In this document: positions 8,698 through 19,072 of the stretch, in pieces
Position numbering within the stretch: position 1 is the stretch's first letter
How the letters are laid out: each line of letters starts with the position of its first letter
NCBI GenBank assembly: GCA_963745075.1
Contig: CAVUWV010000010.1
Span: 128,001 to 192,000 of the forward strand
Direction: 5' to 3'
Length of the DNA: 64,000 bases
From: Candidatus Hydrogenedentota bacterium
Lineage (GTDB): Bacteria > Hydrogenedentota > Hydrogenedentia > Hydrogenedentales > SLHB01
Translations under genes and position numbers: made by a program
The notes under the pieces: generated by a model
Database searches by the model: none
Told to the model about the DNA's origin: nothing
What the model saw: the letters and a program-made list of their open reading frames with translations, nothing else

Positions 8698-11151
8698 ATG
8701 ACTTTTCACTCAGGTGTTTCGCGTTCGACCTTACTGTGCGGGCTGCTTGCGGTTAGTTTGTTGTCCTCCCCAATCGCCGATGCCGAAGACCCCATCGATC
8801 TGACGCAATGCGCTGTCCTTTCCGAGACCGCAACGCCGGTTGTTACAAAAGCGAGTGAGATGTTGATCGAAGAGATCGGCGAACGCACCGGGTTGCATCT
8901 GCCCGCCGTCACGACGATCGATCGGGATGCCCCCGCGATCGTCCTCAGCACGGAGGATGGATTGTCCGTACCCGTGCCGGTCTATCCCGAAGGGATAACC
9001 GTGCCGGAGCGCGCGGATGGGTACGCGCTGTGGCTTGACAACGACGGACCCGCTCCCCGCGTGTACGTCGTCGGTCATGACGCGCGCGGCGTGTTATTCG
9101 GCGTGGGACGTCTTCTGCGGACACTGCAGATGCGGGATGGGGAGATCGCGTTGGATCCCACGTTTCGGATTGCCACCGCGCCTCACGATCGGATTCGGGG
9201 TCATCAACTGGGCTATCGCGCTGCCAACAACACGATCGACGCCTGGAACGTTGCCCGGTTCGAGCAGTACATCCGCGACCTCATCGTTTTCGGCGCCAAC
9301 TGTATCGAATTGATTCCCGACTTCGACCGGGGCCCCAAGGACAGCCCGCACATGCCCTTGACGACCTCCGAGATGAACCGGCAATTGTGCGGCATCATCT
9401 CGTTATACGGACTGGATGTCTGGAGCTGGCATGCGCTGCACGGCGATGTGTCCGACGAGTCTGTAGCAAAAGCGGAATTGGAGCGCAGCCGACGCGACTT
9501 CGCGGATCTTCCGGAACTCGACGCGGTATTCGTGCCGAGCGGCGATCCCGGTGAGACTCCGGCCGACAAGTTGTTACCGTTCCTCGCGCGATTCGCGGGG
9601 GTCCTTCACGAAGTGCACCCGGACGCCGAACTCTGGGTGTCGACGCAAGGGTTTACCGACGAGGAGAACGAGTATTTCTTTCACTACCTTGCGACGGAAC
9701 AACCAGACTGGCTGACCGGCGTGGTTTTCGGCCCCTGGGCCAAGTTGACTCTGCGGGAACTGCGCCAGCGCATCCCGCAGCAATACCCGGTGCGTTCCTA
9801 TCCCGACATCACCCATACTGTGCGCTGTCAGTATCCCGTCCCCCACTGGGATCGCGCGTTTGCCCATACCTTGGGCCGTGAACCGGCCAATCCCCGGCCC
9901 GTGGCGGAGGCGCACATCCATGAACTGGAAACGGATCTGTGCGAAGGATTCATCACCTATTCGGATGGCGTGAACGACGACGTGAACAAGATGATCTGGT
10001 CCGCCTGCGGCTGGGATCCACAGGTGGACGTGCAGGAAGTATTGGAAGACTACAGCCGCTACTTTTTCGGACCGGACTTCGCGGCTGACGGAGCGGCGGG
10101 GTTGCTCGCCGAGGAGAACAACTGGAAGGGTCCATTGGGGGCCAACAAGGGAGTCGATCGGACGCTGGAGCACTGGCAGGCCATGGAGCACCGCGCCGAC
10201 GCGAAATTGCTCGGCAACTGGCGCTTTCAGCAGGGATTGCTGCGCGCCTACTACGACGCGTACGTCAAGGCCCGTCTCGTGCAAGCGATTGATGCGGAGT
10301 CCCGTGCTTACGCCGAACTGGCCAAAGCGAACGACATCGGCGCCCCCGCGGCACTGGACGCCGCAGATACCGCCCTCGGTATGTACGACGATTTTCCTGC
10401 TGCGCCCGATCTTCGCATGCGTATCGACGAGTTGGGCAAACAACTCTACGAGAGCATCGGCATGCAACTCAGTGTTGAAACGTACGGAGCCAGCGGCAAA
10501 GAGCGGGGCGCCGTGCTGGACGGACTGGATTCGCCGCTTAACGACCGGGCTTGGCTTGAATCGCAGTTTGCCGCACTACGTGCCGAGTCGAAGGCCGAAA
10601 CGCAATTGGCGGGTATCGAACGCCTCGTGAATTGGGAGAAGCCCACGTCCGACGCCTTCTACGATGATTTGGGCAACGGAGAAAAAGAACCACACCTCGT
10701 CTATCAGAAAACGTGGGCGGAAGATCCGGGATTTGTCGAATCGCCTCAGGACGAATTCTCCATGAGCCCGCTCGAACCCCAGGATCCCCTTCAACTCGAA
10801 CCCAAAGCCGAACCCCGGGCATCGAACGTCTCTCCTCCGCGCTTGTCCTGGCTCGATCAGGGGGAAACTTTGTATCGCACCGATTTGCTCATGCGCTACG
10901 AACATCTCGATCCGAAGAAGACTTATACACTGCGCGCGGTCTATGCCGGCCGGTTTCACGCTACCATGAAACTCATGGCCGATGATACGTATGAGGTCCA
11001 TGGGCCCATACCGTACAGCGAGCCCCTCGAAGTGCATGAGTTCCCCATCCCGGCCGACGCGACGAAGGACGGTGTTTTGAACCTGCGCTGGATCGCAGTT
11101 GAAGGAAGGGGACCCCAAGTCGCCGAGGTCTGGCTCGTTCCGAATTCGTAA
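8698..11151 (+). CDS. Secreted glycoside-hydrolase-like protein of unknown specificity (GH67/GH20 N-terminal-like domain)
   Basis: Long ORF with a probable start at ATG 8698 and a signal peptide; DGYAL...VVGHDARGVLFGVGRLLR resembles the N-terminal domain of GH20/GH67/GH115. Confidence 0.6.
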   Translation: MTFHSGVSRSTLLCGLLAVSLLSSPIADAEDPIDLTQCAVLSETATPVVTKASEMLIEEIGERTGLHLPAVTTIDRDAPAIVLSTEDGLSVPVPVYPEGITVPERADGYALWLDNDGPAPRVYVVGHDARGVLFGVGRLLRTLQMRDGEIALDPTFRIATAPHDRIRGHQLGYRAANNTIDAWNVARFEQYIRDLIVFGANCIELIPDFDRGPKDSPHMPLTTSEMNRQLCGIISLYGLDVWSWHALHGDVSDESVAKAELERSRRDFADLPELDAVFVPSGDPGETPADKLLPFLARFAGVLHEVHPDAELWVSTQGFTDEENEYFFHYLATEQPDWLTGVVFGPWAKLTLRELRQRIPQQYPVRSYPDITHTVRCQYPVPHWDRAFAHTLGREPANPRPVAEAHIHELETDLCEGFITYSDGVNDDVNKMIWSACGWDPQVDVQEVLEDYSRYFFGPDFAADGAAGLLAEENNWKGPLGANKGVDRTLEHWQAMEHRADAKLLGNWRFQQGLLRAYYDAYVKARLVQAIDAESRAYAELAKANDIGAPAALDAADTALGMYDDFPAAPDLRMRIDELGKQLYESIGMQLSVETYGASGKERGAVLDGLDSPLNDRAWLESQFAALRAESKAETQLAGIERLVNWEKPTSDAFYDDLGNGEKEPHLVYQKTWAEDPGFVESPQDEFSMSPLEPQDPLQLEPKAEPRASNVSPPRLSWLDQGETLYRTDLLMRYEHLDPKKTYTLRAVYAGRFHATMKLMADDTYEVHGPIPYSEPLEVHEFPIPADATKDGVLNLRWIAVEGRGPQVAEVWLVPNS

Positions 11152-11213
11152 CCGGGGATCGCTGCGAGCATTGTTGCGTGGAATGAACGACGTGCCGCAC
11201 AAATGTTCCAGTT

Positions 11214-11283
11214 CGTAATCGTAATCGTAATCGTAATCGTAATCGTAATCGTAATCGTAATCGCGTAATCGTAATCGTAATCG
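11214..11283. repeat. Hexanucleotide microsatellite (CGTAAT)8-CG-(CGTAAT)3
   Basis: Counted directly; lies between convergent genes. Confidence 0.95.
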
Positions 11284-11338
11284 AATGCAGAACGAGGCAG
11301 TCTCAACGTTTACCCAATGAGACGTTGCGCTCGTCCTA

Positions 11339-12208
11339 TCACTGCTTCGCACCGTACGCCCGTGCTTCATCTTCGAAGTAGGTGTGCAGTGATTCCGTTC
11401 CGAAGGGTTCTCCAATCATGTCGCGCGTCAGGACGGTCAGGAAGAATTCGATGGGGCCGTATGACTTCGATGAGGTACACGCGTGAAGCGCCGGAATTGC
11501 GAGGTGTGCAAGAAACGACGGTACGCACGTGATCCGCACGGGCTTCTTCAACGCCTGGAATGCGGCGCTCGCGATCTCGCGATGGGTCAATACCGCGGGA
11601 CCGCCAAAATTGAATTCGCGCGCGTTGGATTCGATCGCGTTTACACAGGCCTTGGCGACGTTGCGTCCGTGAACCGGATTCATCCGAAAATCGCCGTTTC
11701 CGAATAAATAGATCCTGCCCTTTCGCGCCATCTTCAGGAATTCGCCCATGTCGGAGAAGTAGCCGTTGGGCCGCATGACGGCGTAGTCCAGCTCCGAGGC
11801 CGCCAGTTCGGCCGCGAACCGCTCTTTTGCGGCGGTCATCTTCAGGTGGGGCATTGCATCCGCGCCCAATGCTGACACATAGATGAATTTCCGGACGCCC
11901 GCGCGCTTCGATTCTTCCAGAAGATTCACGTTGCCTTGATAGTCGACGTCCTCGTATGTCAAACCATCCTTTTGCCGTGTGATACCGATGGCGGAAACGA
12001 CTGCGTCGATACCGTCTGCGATGCCGCGAAGGGAACTTGGCTCCGTTACCTGGCCGACAACGGTTTCGTCCGCGTCCACCGCCGCGGCCTTGTCGCGCGT
12101 TCGGGCCAATGCGCGAACCCGGTAGCCCCGTTTCTTGAGGATTTCCAACAGGTACCCACCGAGGTATCCCGTTGCACCGGCCACCAGGACGCGTTCCCGT
12201 TGGTTCAT
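11339..12208 (-). CDS. Atypical SDR / NAD(P)-binding oxidoreductase
   Basis: VLVAGATGYLG Rossmann motif, VDYQGNVNLL and RPNGYFSD. Confidence 0.85.
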   Translation of the reverse strand: MNQRERVLVAGATGYLGGYLLEILKKRGYRVRALARTRDKAAAVDADETVVGQVTEPSSLRGIADGIDAVVSAIGITRQKDGLTYEDVDYQGNVNLLEESKRAGVRKFIYVSALGADAMPHLKMTAAKERFAAELAASELDYAVMRPNGYFSDMGEFLKMARKGRIYLFGNGDFRMNPVHGRNVAKACVNAIESNAREFNFGGPAVLTHREIASAAFQALKKPVRITCVPSFLAHLAIPALHACTSSKSYGPIEFFLTVLTRDMIGEPFGTESLHTYFEDEARAYGAKQ

Positions 12209-12221
12209 GATTGGTTTTCGC

Positions 12222-13490
12222 CTACAGTTTTACCACGCGACAACCGGGCGCCGGCTCGAGGTCCTTCGTCGCGTTTCGTGCATCGAAGACGAGACCTGGC
12301 TGACGGAGTACGGCAGCATAGTCGAAGGCTTGGTGGTCGGTTACGATCGCGACGCAGTCAAACGACGCGACCCCTTGCTCGAGCGGGTAGGCGTGGAATC
12401 GCTGGCCCAACACCTCCAGTTCCGGCACGTACGGGTCGGCGTACGAGACCTCGGCGCCCCGCTGGCGCAAGAGACCGATGATATCCAGCGCGGGGGATTC
12501 CCGGGTATCGCTCACATCCGGCTTGTACGCCACGCCGAGCACGAGAATCCGGCTCCCGTTGATGCTTTTCTTACACGCGTCCAGCGCGTTGTGAATTCGG
12601 CTCACCACGTATTCCGGCATGCTCGAATTGATTGCGCTGGCGAGTTCGATGAACCGGGCTGTATAGTCAATGGTCTTCAACTTCCAGGACAGGTAGAGCG
12701 GGTCGATCGGGATGCAGTGTCCCCCCAGGCCGGGTCCGGGGTAGAACGGCATGAAACCGAAGGGTTTCGTCTTCGCCGCATCGATCACCTCCCAGACATC
12801 TACGCCGAGCCGGTCGCACATGATCGCCAGCTCGTTGACCATCCCAATGTTGATAGCACGAAACGTATTTTCGAGTAGCTTGACCATTTCGGCGGCCCGC
12901 GCGCTCTTCACCGGCACCACCGAGTCAATGGCATGCCGGTACAACTCGGTCGCGCGTGCGGTACATTCCGGAGTCACACCACCAACGACCTTCGGAGTAT
13001 TGCGGGTCGTATACCGATCGTTTGCCGGGTCGACACGCTCCGGCGAAAACGCAAGATAGAAATCCTTGCCGACGACGAGCCCGGTTTCTCCCAACCGCGG
13101 CAGGACCAGTTCCTCCGTCGTTCCGGGATACGTGGTGCTTTCGAGTACGACCAGCATTCCCGGGTGAAGCCGGGGCGCGATCGCTTCCACCGCGTTGACG
13201 ATGTATGAGATGTCCGGGTCCATGCTCTTGCGCAACGGAGTTGGCACGCAGATGCACACGGCGTCGGCGTCCACCAAGGCGTCATAGTCCCCGGTAGCCC
13301 GAAAACGCCCGGAGTTGACCAACTCACCCACGGTGGCATCGGGCACGTCCAACACGTATGACCGCCCGTCGTTGATCGCCTCCACCTTGGATTCGTCGAC
13401 GTCGATCCCCACCACGTCCAGTCCCCCGCGGGCAAACTCCACGCACAATGGCAGTCCCACGTACCCGAGCCCGATCACTGCTACGCCCAC
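12222..13490 (-). CDS. Nucleotide-sugar dehydrogenase (UDP-GlcNAc/ManNAc dehydrogenase, WbpA/WecC-like)
   Basis: GLGYVGLP, CVPTP, ESTTYPGTT, FSPER, KLLEN, GGHCIPIDP and GVAYK motifs. Confidence 0.93.
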   Translation of the reverse strand: MGVAVIGLGYVGLPLCVEFARGGLDVVGIDVDESKVEAINDGRSYVLDVPDATVGELVNSGRFRATGDYDALVDADAVCICVPTPLRKSMDPDISYIVNAVEAIAPRLHPGMLVVLESTTYPGTTEELVLPRLGETGLVVGKDFYLAFSPERVDPANDRYTTRNTPKVVGGVTPECTARATELYRHAIDSVVPVKSARAAEMVKLLENTFRAINIGMVNELAIMCDRLGVDVWEVIDAAKTKPFGFMPFYPGPGLGGHCIPIDPLYLSWKLKTIDYTARFIELASAINSSMPEYVVSRIHNALDACKKSINGSRILVLGVAYKPDVSDTRESPALDIIGLLRQRGAEVSYADPYVPELEVLGQRFHAYPLEQGVASFDCVAIVTDHQAFDYAAVLRQPGLVFDARNATKDLEPAPGCRVVKL

Positions 13491-13989
13491 TGAAGACCCC
13501 TCCCTTATCCATATTCCTCACCGTACCGCGAAACTCCGATTTGCGAGACGAAGCCGACGGCGCGGCGAGAATTCCGGGCTGAATCGAAGAATGCGAAACG
13601 AAACTCAGCATACCTAACCCGTTTAACTGGCGTCCAGTACTCGTTTTGAAAGCACCGGGAACTGGCGCCTTCGTCGGGGCTTACGAACCAAGGAGGAAAT
13701 CGTTTCTCTCCTCGTGACGGATCGAATTATGTTCCGGACTCTATCCCCTGGGAAGACAAAATTACCCCATCCGCCACAATAGTTACTCACTGTGACTTAT
13801 AAGTTGTCATGGTTGACAATTTTGTGATTAGATAATCTATTGTCAAACGTCATTATGCTTGCGAAATTCTATGAAATCGTGTAATATCGAACGTGGAACG
13901 AAATGCGCCAGTGGCGGATAGTGTGGTATCCCTTGAGCGAATGTACCATATATTGGGTTGAGCGTGCACACGCTCGATTCTGTGGATCG

Positions 13990-14005
13990 TGGCACGTGGC
14001 TTGCT
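13990..14005 (+). promoter_or_regulatory. Sigma54 promoter heading the EBP/EPS cluster
   Basis: TGGCACGTGGCTTGCT, a full consensus match, 100 nt before ATG 14106. Confidence 0.8.
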
Positions 14006-14105
14006 CCCTGTACGAACGTCTTCGGGCAGTTCCGGAGTCAACTGCCGGAACTCGGATCCGGCATGGCAATTCTCGTTCGAACGGATTGGATGTAGATTGA
14101 GCACG

Positions 14106-15164
14106 ATGAACCAGATGCAGACGAGCGATAACATCATCCGTGCGCCCCTGAACGAAGGTCTATTGGGGGTAAGCAAAGCCATCGCCGAAGTCCGTGAAAT
14201 GGTAGTGCGGTTGGCGCAATCGGATATTACCGTGCTGATAAGCGGCGAGAGCGGTACCGGAAAGGACATCGCGGCCCGCATGCTTCACAAGAACTCCGCC
14301 CGGTACGGAAAACCGTTCATCAAGGTGAACTGTCCCGCGATTCCGGAGAGCATCCTGGAGAGCGAACTATTCGGATACGAACGCGGCGCGTTCACGGGCG
14401 CACGGAGCGCCAAGCCCGGCCGGTTTGAATTGGCGAACCACGGCACGATATTTCTTGACGAGATTGCAGAGACTTCGTACACTGTCCAAGGCAAGCTGTT
14501 GCAGGTACTTGACGGCGAGCCGCCAATGCGCATCGGTGGGGTGAGCCCGATCCCGGTCGATGTGCGCATCGCGGCTGCGACCAACGTCCCGCTGGAGGAC
14601 ACCGTGCGCCGCGGGGCGATGCGGGAAGATTTGTTCTTTCGGCTGAGCGACGTGATCGTTCGGATGCCGTCGTTGCGCGAGCGCCGGGAGGACATCCCAT
14701 TGCTCGCCGAGCACTTCAATTTTAATTACTCCGATCGGTTGGGTAAGCCGTACGAGCCTATCGCGCAAGACTTTCAGGAACGGATCGCGAGTCTCGACTG
14801 GCCGGGAAACGTGCGGGAACTGGGGGCGTGCGTCAAGAAGTTCGTCGCCACCGGCGACCCGGAGACGCTGTTTGGCGATAGCGGTCAATCACCTGAACCC
14901 GTTGCCGTAGCGCTGCGAGACGGCGGTCAAGTCTCGCTGCCCGCGGCCCCGCAACAGGCGGACACCAGCCCGCCTGGGAAAAAGTTCGTATCGTTGAAGG
15001 CGGCAACCCAGAAAGCAATCGAAGAGACGGAGCGGGCACTTATCGAGGAAGCGTTGCGTTATACCTTGTGGAATCGTCGAAAGGCGGCCAAACTGCTGGA
15101 AATCAGCTATAGTTCGTTGTTGCGCCGCATCGACGCCTACCATATTGGGAAGGACAATGGGTAG
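14106..15164 (+). CDS. Sigma54-dependent activator lacking an N-terminal sensor domain
   Basis: [35 protein letters not shown] and an HTH (WNRRKAAKLLEISY); start set downstream of the sigma54 promoter. Confidence 0.88.
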   Translation: MNQMQTSDNIIRAPLNEGLLGVSKAIAEVREMVVRLAQSDITVLISGESGTGKDIAARMLHKNSARYGKPFIKVNCPAIPESILESELFGYERGAFTGARSAKPGRFELANHGTIFLDEIAETSYTVQGKLLQVLDGEPPMRIGGVSPIPVDVRIAAATNVPLEDTVRRGAMREDLFFRLSDVIVRMPSLRERREDIPLLAEHFNFNYSDRLGKPYEPIAQDFQERIASLDWPGNVRELGACVKKFVATGDPETLFGDSGQSPEPVAVALRDGGQVSLPAAPQQADTSPPGKKFVSLKAATQKAIEETERALIEEALRYTLWNRRKAAKLLEISYSSLLRRIDAYHIGKDNG

Positions 15165-15302
15165 CCCGGGATTCCCAGACGCGCGTACGACCGGGTGTGT
15201 ATCCATCGACCATATCGAGGGTTCTGCGTAATGATAGAGAAACCAATTCCGTCAACGTACGCGCGAGAATTGCGGATTAGTACAATTGGAGGAGCCCGCA
15301 GC

Positions 15303-16562
15303 ATGAGCCGATTTGCAGTGCGCTGGGTCGTGATACTGATTTTTGTGGTGGTGTGGTCCGTCACTCCCGATGCCACCGCGTTCCCATGGGGAAAGAAGAA
15401 GCGGGTGGACCCGGAGGATTTAGTTCGGGGAGTCCGTTCGGAGGTTGTCGAGGATCATGCAACCATCGACATTCCCGGCGAGGGGAAAATAGAAACGCCC
15501 GAGCCGGATGAATTCGCAGAAAATGGACCGATTCCGGAATCCCTTCCGGATACCGAATACACCATTGGGCCGGGGGACGTAATAGGTTTTCAGTCCTTTG
15601 ACGACCCGTCCCTGTCGCGAGAGTCGGTCGTCGTTTTGTTTGATGGCACCTTGTCCCTTCCCCTGATTCCGGATCTGAATGTGAACGGATTGACCCGCGA
15701 GGAAGCGGAGAAGAAGATCCACGACTCCTATGCCGATGGGGTCTTCAAGGACCCCCAATTGACGGTTAGCGTGCGGACCACGGGCAGCAAGTACTATTAC
15801 GTGTTGGGTGACGTGCTGCGCGCGAGCCGGTATCCCTACGAGCAACCGATCAGCGTTCTCGCGGCGATCAACATCGCAGGCGGGCTTCGCACGTCTTCCC
15901 GGTCCGATGGCCAGGACGTTGCGGCGTCCCCGGGAACGCTCACCACTGCCTTTATCATTCGCGACCGCCACGGCAAACGGCAGGTCATCGAGCTCGATCT
16001 CAGCTATCTGACCAACAAGGGTCCGCACCCGTCGGAGACGCTCGTGTTGCCGGGCGACTTTGTGTACATCCCCGAAGGCGTCAACCTCGTTTATGTGTTG
16101 GGCGAGGTGCGCAATCCAAACGTATTCCAGTTAGCGGAAGGTCAGACCCTTACCCAGACACTGACTCGCGCCGGCGGGCCCGTCGAGAGTACCGGGAAGC
16201 TGAAGAGCGTGGTGCTCATGCGCGAAGTGGACAGCACCCATCGCGACGTCCTCGTAATCAATTGGAAGGAGATTATGCGGACTGGGTACGACATTCCACT
16301 ACGGCCCGGGGACGTTGTCTATGTGCCTCGAAAAGGGTTGGTTCGACTCGACGAGTTCGTGTCGCGGGTAACGGGGCCGCTGTCACAAGTCATGGGACTT
16401 TATTCGCAGTACTGGGATACCTACTATGCTGAAGACCGCAACAAGATTTTGGTCGACACGAGCACCGGAAACGGAGCGGTTGGTATCCTGCAGAACGTGC
16501 GGAACTTCGGCCAATTGCTGCAACAATTTCAGACCAGTGGACAACCGATCCCGACGCCTTAG
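15303..16562 (+). CDS. Polysaccharide export protein (Wza/OPX family, SLBB domains)
   Basis: YTIGPGDVI, DGTLSLPLI, VYVLGEVRNP and LRPGDVVYVP; GGAGG SD. Confidence 0.9.
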   Translation: MSRFAVRWVVILIFVVVWSVTPDATAFPWGKKKRVDPEDLVRGVRSEVVEDHATIDIPGEGKIETPEPDEFAENGPIPESLPDTEYTIGPGDVIGFQSFDDPSLSRESVVVLFDGTLSLPLIPDLNVNGLTREEAEKKIHDSYADGVFKDPQLTVSVRTTGSKYYYVLGDVLRASRYPYEQPISVLAAINIAGGLRTSSRSDGQDVAASPGTLTTAFIIRDRHGKRQVIELDLSYLTNKGPHPSETLVLPGDFVYIPEGVNLVYVLGEVRNPNVFQLAEGQTLTQTLTRAGGPVESTGKLKSVVLMREVDSTHRDVLVINWKEIMRTGYDIPLRPGDVVYVPRKGLVRLDEFVSRVTGPLSQVMGLYSQYWDTYYAEDRNKILVDTSTGNGAVGILQNVRNFGQLLQQFQTSGQPIPTP

Positions 16563-16586
16563 CTCACGAGATAGGAACATATTGCC

Positions 16587-18917
16587 ATGACGACCGATTT
16601 TACAAGCGATGTTTCCGTAACGTCACTGGGCCAGGCGGGTGCGGCCGGGGTGTCGCCGCGTAACCTCAATTTTAAGCGGTTGATTCGCATGCGCGGACCG
16701 CTGATGATCTTGGTCGCGGTGGTGGTCGCGCTACCGTTGCTGGTGGCCGTCTGGTTTGTCGTTCCGCGGGAGTACAACGCGACTGCCCGCATCCGCTTCT
16801 CCAACAGCCGGCCTACCGTGCTGACCAATACCGGCGGCACGGCGATTTCCTCGGACTACGTGACCCACGTTCAGACGCAGGTCAATATTATCAAGGGGGC
16901 GGCCGTGCTGGGCCGGGTGGTTGAACGACAAGACATTCGGAATCTGCCGCTGATCCAGAAACAGGCCGATCCGTTGCTGTTTCTGGAAAACAACGTATCG
17001 TCGCGACTCATCCCCATGACCGAACTCGTGGAAGTTTCATTTCAATCCAGCGATCGCGAAACCGCCATGGCGATTGTGCAGGCCACGGTGGACGAGTACT
17101 TGAAGTTCGCCACCTCTGCCGAAAAGGCCCGCAACGATACGATCACGCGTCAGCTCATCGATGAGCGCGATACCCTCGATAAGCGCGTTACGGACCTGCG
17201 CGCCGCGGTGACCGAAAAACGCGAAGCCATCCGCGGCGTGCAATTGCCCGGCGTCAACAGCGTGGACGCCGAGACTCGTGCCTACTACGACAACCAATCC
17301 AAGGCGCTGAGTGACAAGACGACGGCCGAGAAGAAGATCGAACAAATCGAAAAGGAAATCAGCGATATCGAATCCTTGATGGCCGAGCAGGAGAAGAATC
17401 CCGAGCAGCCGATTTACAAGTACGGCGTGGAAGAGGCCGTCACGCAGGATAATGCCGTGGTCGTACAGACTCAGATGCTGGCCACCCACGAGGCGGATTT
17501 GGCGCAGGCCAAGAGCCGGTACGTCGAGGATCATCCCCAAGTCCGATTGAAAACGGAAGCCCGCGACGCGTCCAAGAAGGAACTGGTCCAGGCGCAAGCC
17601 ACCGCCCGCGCCAAAATCCTCCGGTCCCGCTACGAACAGAAGAGGGAAGAGTTGGATACGGCGCACAAAGCCCTGGAAGATGCCGAGCAACGTATTGCGG
17701 ATTTTGACGCGGAGCTGGAGAAGCAATCGGAAGAGTCCGTGGAAGTGACCAAAGCGTTGACCGCCGTGCGCGAGGCGGAAGAGTCGTTGAACGACGCCCG
17801 CGACGACCTCAAGACGGTCCAGGACCGAATTCGATCGCTGCACGTGGAAAGCCGGGCCCCTGCCACCGTGGAAGTTGCCGTCGGCGCCCATGCCCCCACC
17901 GAGCCGGATTATGGAAAACGGCTGAAATATATGGCGCTCGTGATGATGGGCTCCTGTGGCGTCGGGTTTGGCATCGGAATGTGGCGTGAGATCACCGACC
18001 AACAGGTCCGGTCCGCCCAGGACATCGGCTACTGCACCGAACTGCCGTTAATGGGAGTGATTCCACACGCGAGCGTGGACAAGATCCCCGAGAACGCGAA
18101 CCTGGCAACAATCGCCGCCGATCACCCCGACTGCATTTCGGCCGACGCCGTTCGCCGCGTCATAACGCGCATCATCTATCCGCCCGAGGGTTCTGCCGAG
18201 TTGAATACCTGTCTCGTAACCAGTGCGAGTCGCGGCGACGGCAAGACGACCATTGCGTGCAATCTGGCCATCGCGCTGGCCCAGGCCAATCGCCGGGTGC
18301 TGTTGGTGGATTTGAGCGCGCGCCGTCCCAACGTCGAAAAACGCTTGGGTCTGGAGCCCGCAGAAGGCCTCAGCGAAGTCTTCACGCGAGATATCCGAAC
18401 CGAAGACGCCATCCGGGAATCCCAATACCCGAATTTGTCGGTGCTGGGGCCGGGTCTGAACGGAAAAGTGTTGATTGGGCGTTTAGCTTCGCGAGAAACG
18501 GTTCAGTTCCTGGAACAGGCAGAAGAGGCGTTTGAACACGTGATTATCGATACGCCGCCCGTGTTGCTGATGTCGGATGCCAAACTTCTCGCGCCGATTG
18601 TGGATGGGGTGATCGTCGTTGTGGGCGCCGAGGTGTCCATGCTGGGCATGGTCCGTCGCACGTTGCGTGACCTCCAGCAGATCGGCTCGAACGTAGTCGG
18701 CGTGGTTTTGAACGGAGTGAAACATATGCCCGGCGGCTACATGCGCCGCAATCTGACCAGTTACTACAACTACGGGTCCGAACACACCGATGTCCGGCCC
18801 GGCGACGACCAACCGCTCCGTCCCGAGCCGGTAACCGATGCGGACGCGGAGGATATGCCTTCGATCATGCTGGTGGACGACGATGACGGTGTGCGGCCGA
18901 AGCGTGACGAATTCTGA
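16587..18917 (+). CDS. Polysaccharide co-polymerase / BY-kinase (Wzc/GumC-like)
   Basis: Two TM helices around a coiled coil, Walker A SASRGDGKTT, VIIDTPP and a Tyr cluster (SYYNYG). Confidence 0.92.
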   Translation: MTTDFTSDVSVTSLGQAGAAGVSPRNLNFKRLIRMRGPLMILVAVVVALPLLVAVWFVVPREYNATARIRFSNSRPTVLTNTGGTAISSDYVTHVQTQVNIIKGAAVLGRVVERQDIRNLPLIQKQADPLLFLENNVSSRLIPMTELVEVSFQSSDRETAMAIVQATVDEYLKFATSAEKARNDTITRQLIDERDTLDKRVTDLRAAVTEKREAIRGVQLPGVNSVDAETRAYYDNQSKALSDKTTAEKKIEQIEKEISDIESLMAEQEKNPEQPIYKYGVEEAVTQDNAVVVQTQMLATHEADLAQAKSRYVEDHPQVRLKTEARDASKKELVQAQATARAKILRSRYEQKREELDTAHKALEDAEQRIADFDAELEKQSEESVEVTKALTAVREAEESLNDARDDLKTVQDRIRSLHVESRAPATVEVAVGAHAPTEPDYGKRLKYMALVMMGSCGVGFGIGMWREITDQQVRSAQDIGYCTELPLMGVIPHASVDKIPENANLATIAADHPDCISADAVRRVITRIIYPPEGSAELNTCLVTSASRGDGKTTIACNLAIALAQANRRVLLVDLSARRPNVEKRLGLEPAEGLSEVFTRDIRTEDAIRESQYPNLSVLGPGLNGKVLIGRLASRETVQFLEQAEEAFEHVIIDTPPVLLMSDAKLLAPIVDGVIVVVGAEVSMLGMVRRTLRDLQQIGSNVVGVVLNGVKHMPGGYMRRNLTSYYNYGSEHTDVRPGDDQPLRPEPVTDADAEDMPSIMLVDDDDGVRPKRDEF

Positions 18918-19072
18918 GGCGTGTGAAGGAATGGCTCTATGCTCGGGAAGGATTCCCGTCTGCCGGTGACAGGCCATGTCGTCCCCTTCTCCGCATACGC
19001 GCGGGAGGAACCGAACGCATGAGGGGACACCCATTCGGTAACCCCATGACCCTCACGTCGATAGGCGGTGGT

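Noticed and set aside
10576..11415. ORFs containing DYDYDY or ITITIT runs
   Set aside because: These are translations of the microsatellite and lie antisense to a real gene.
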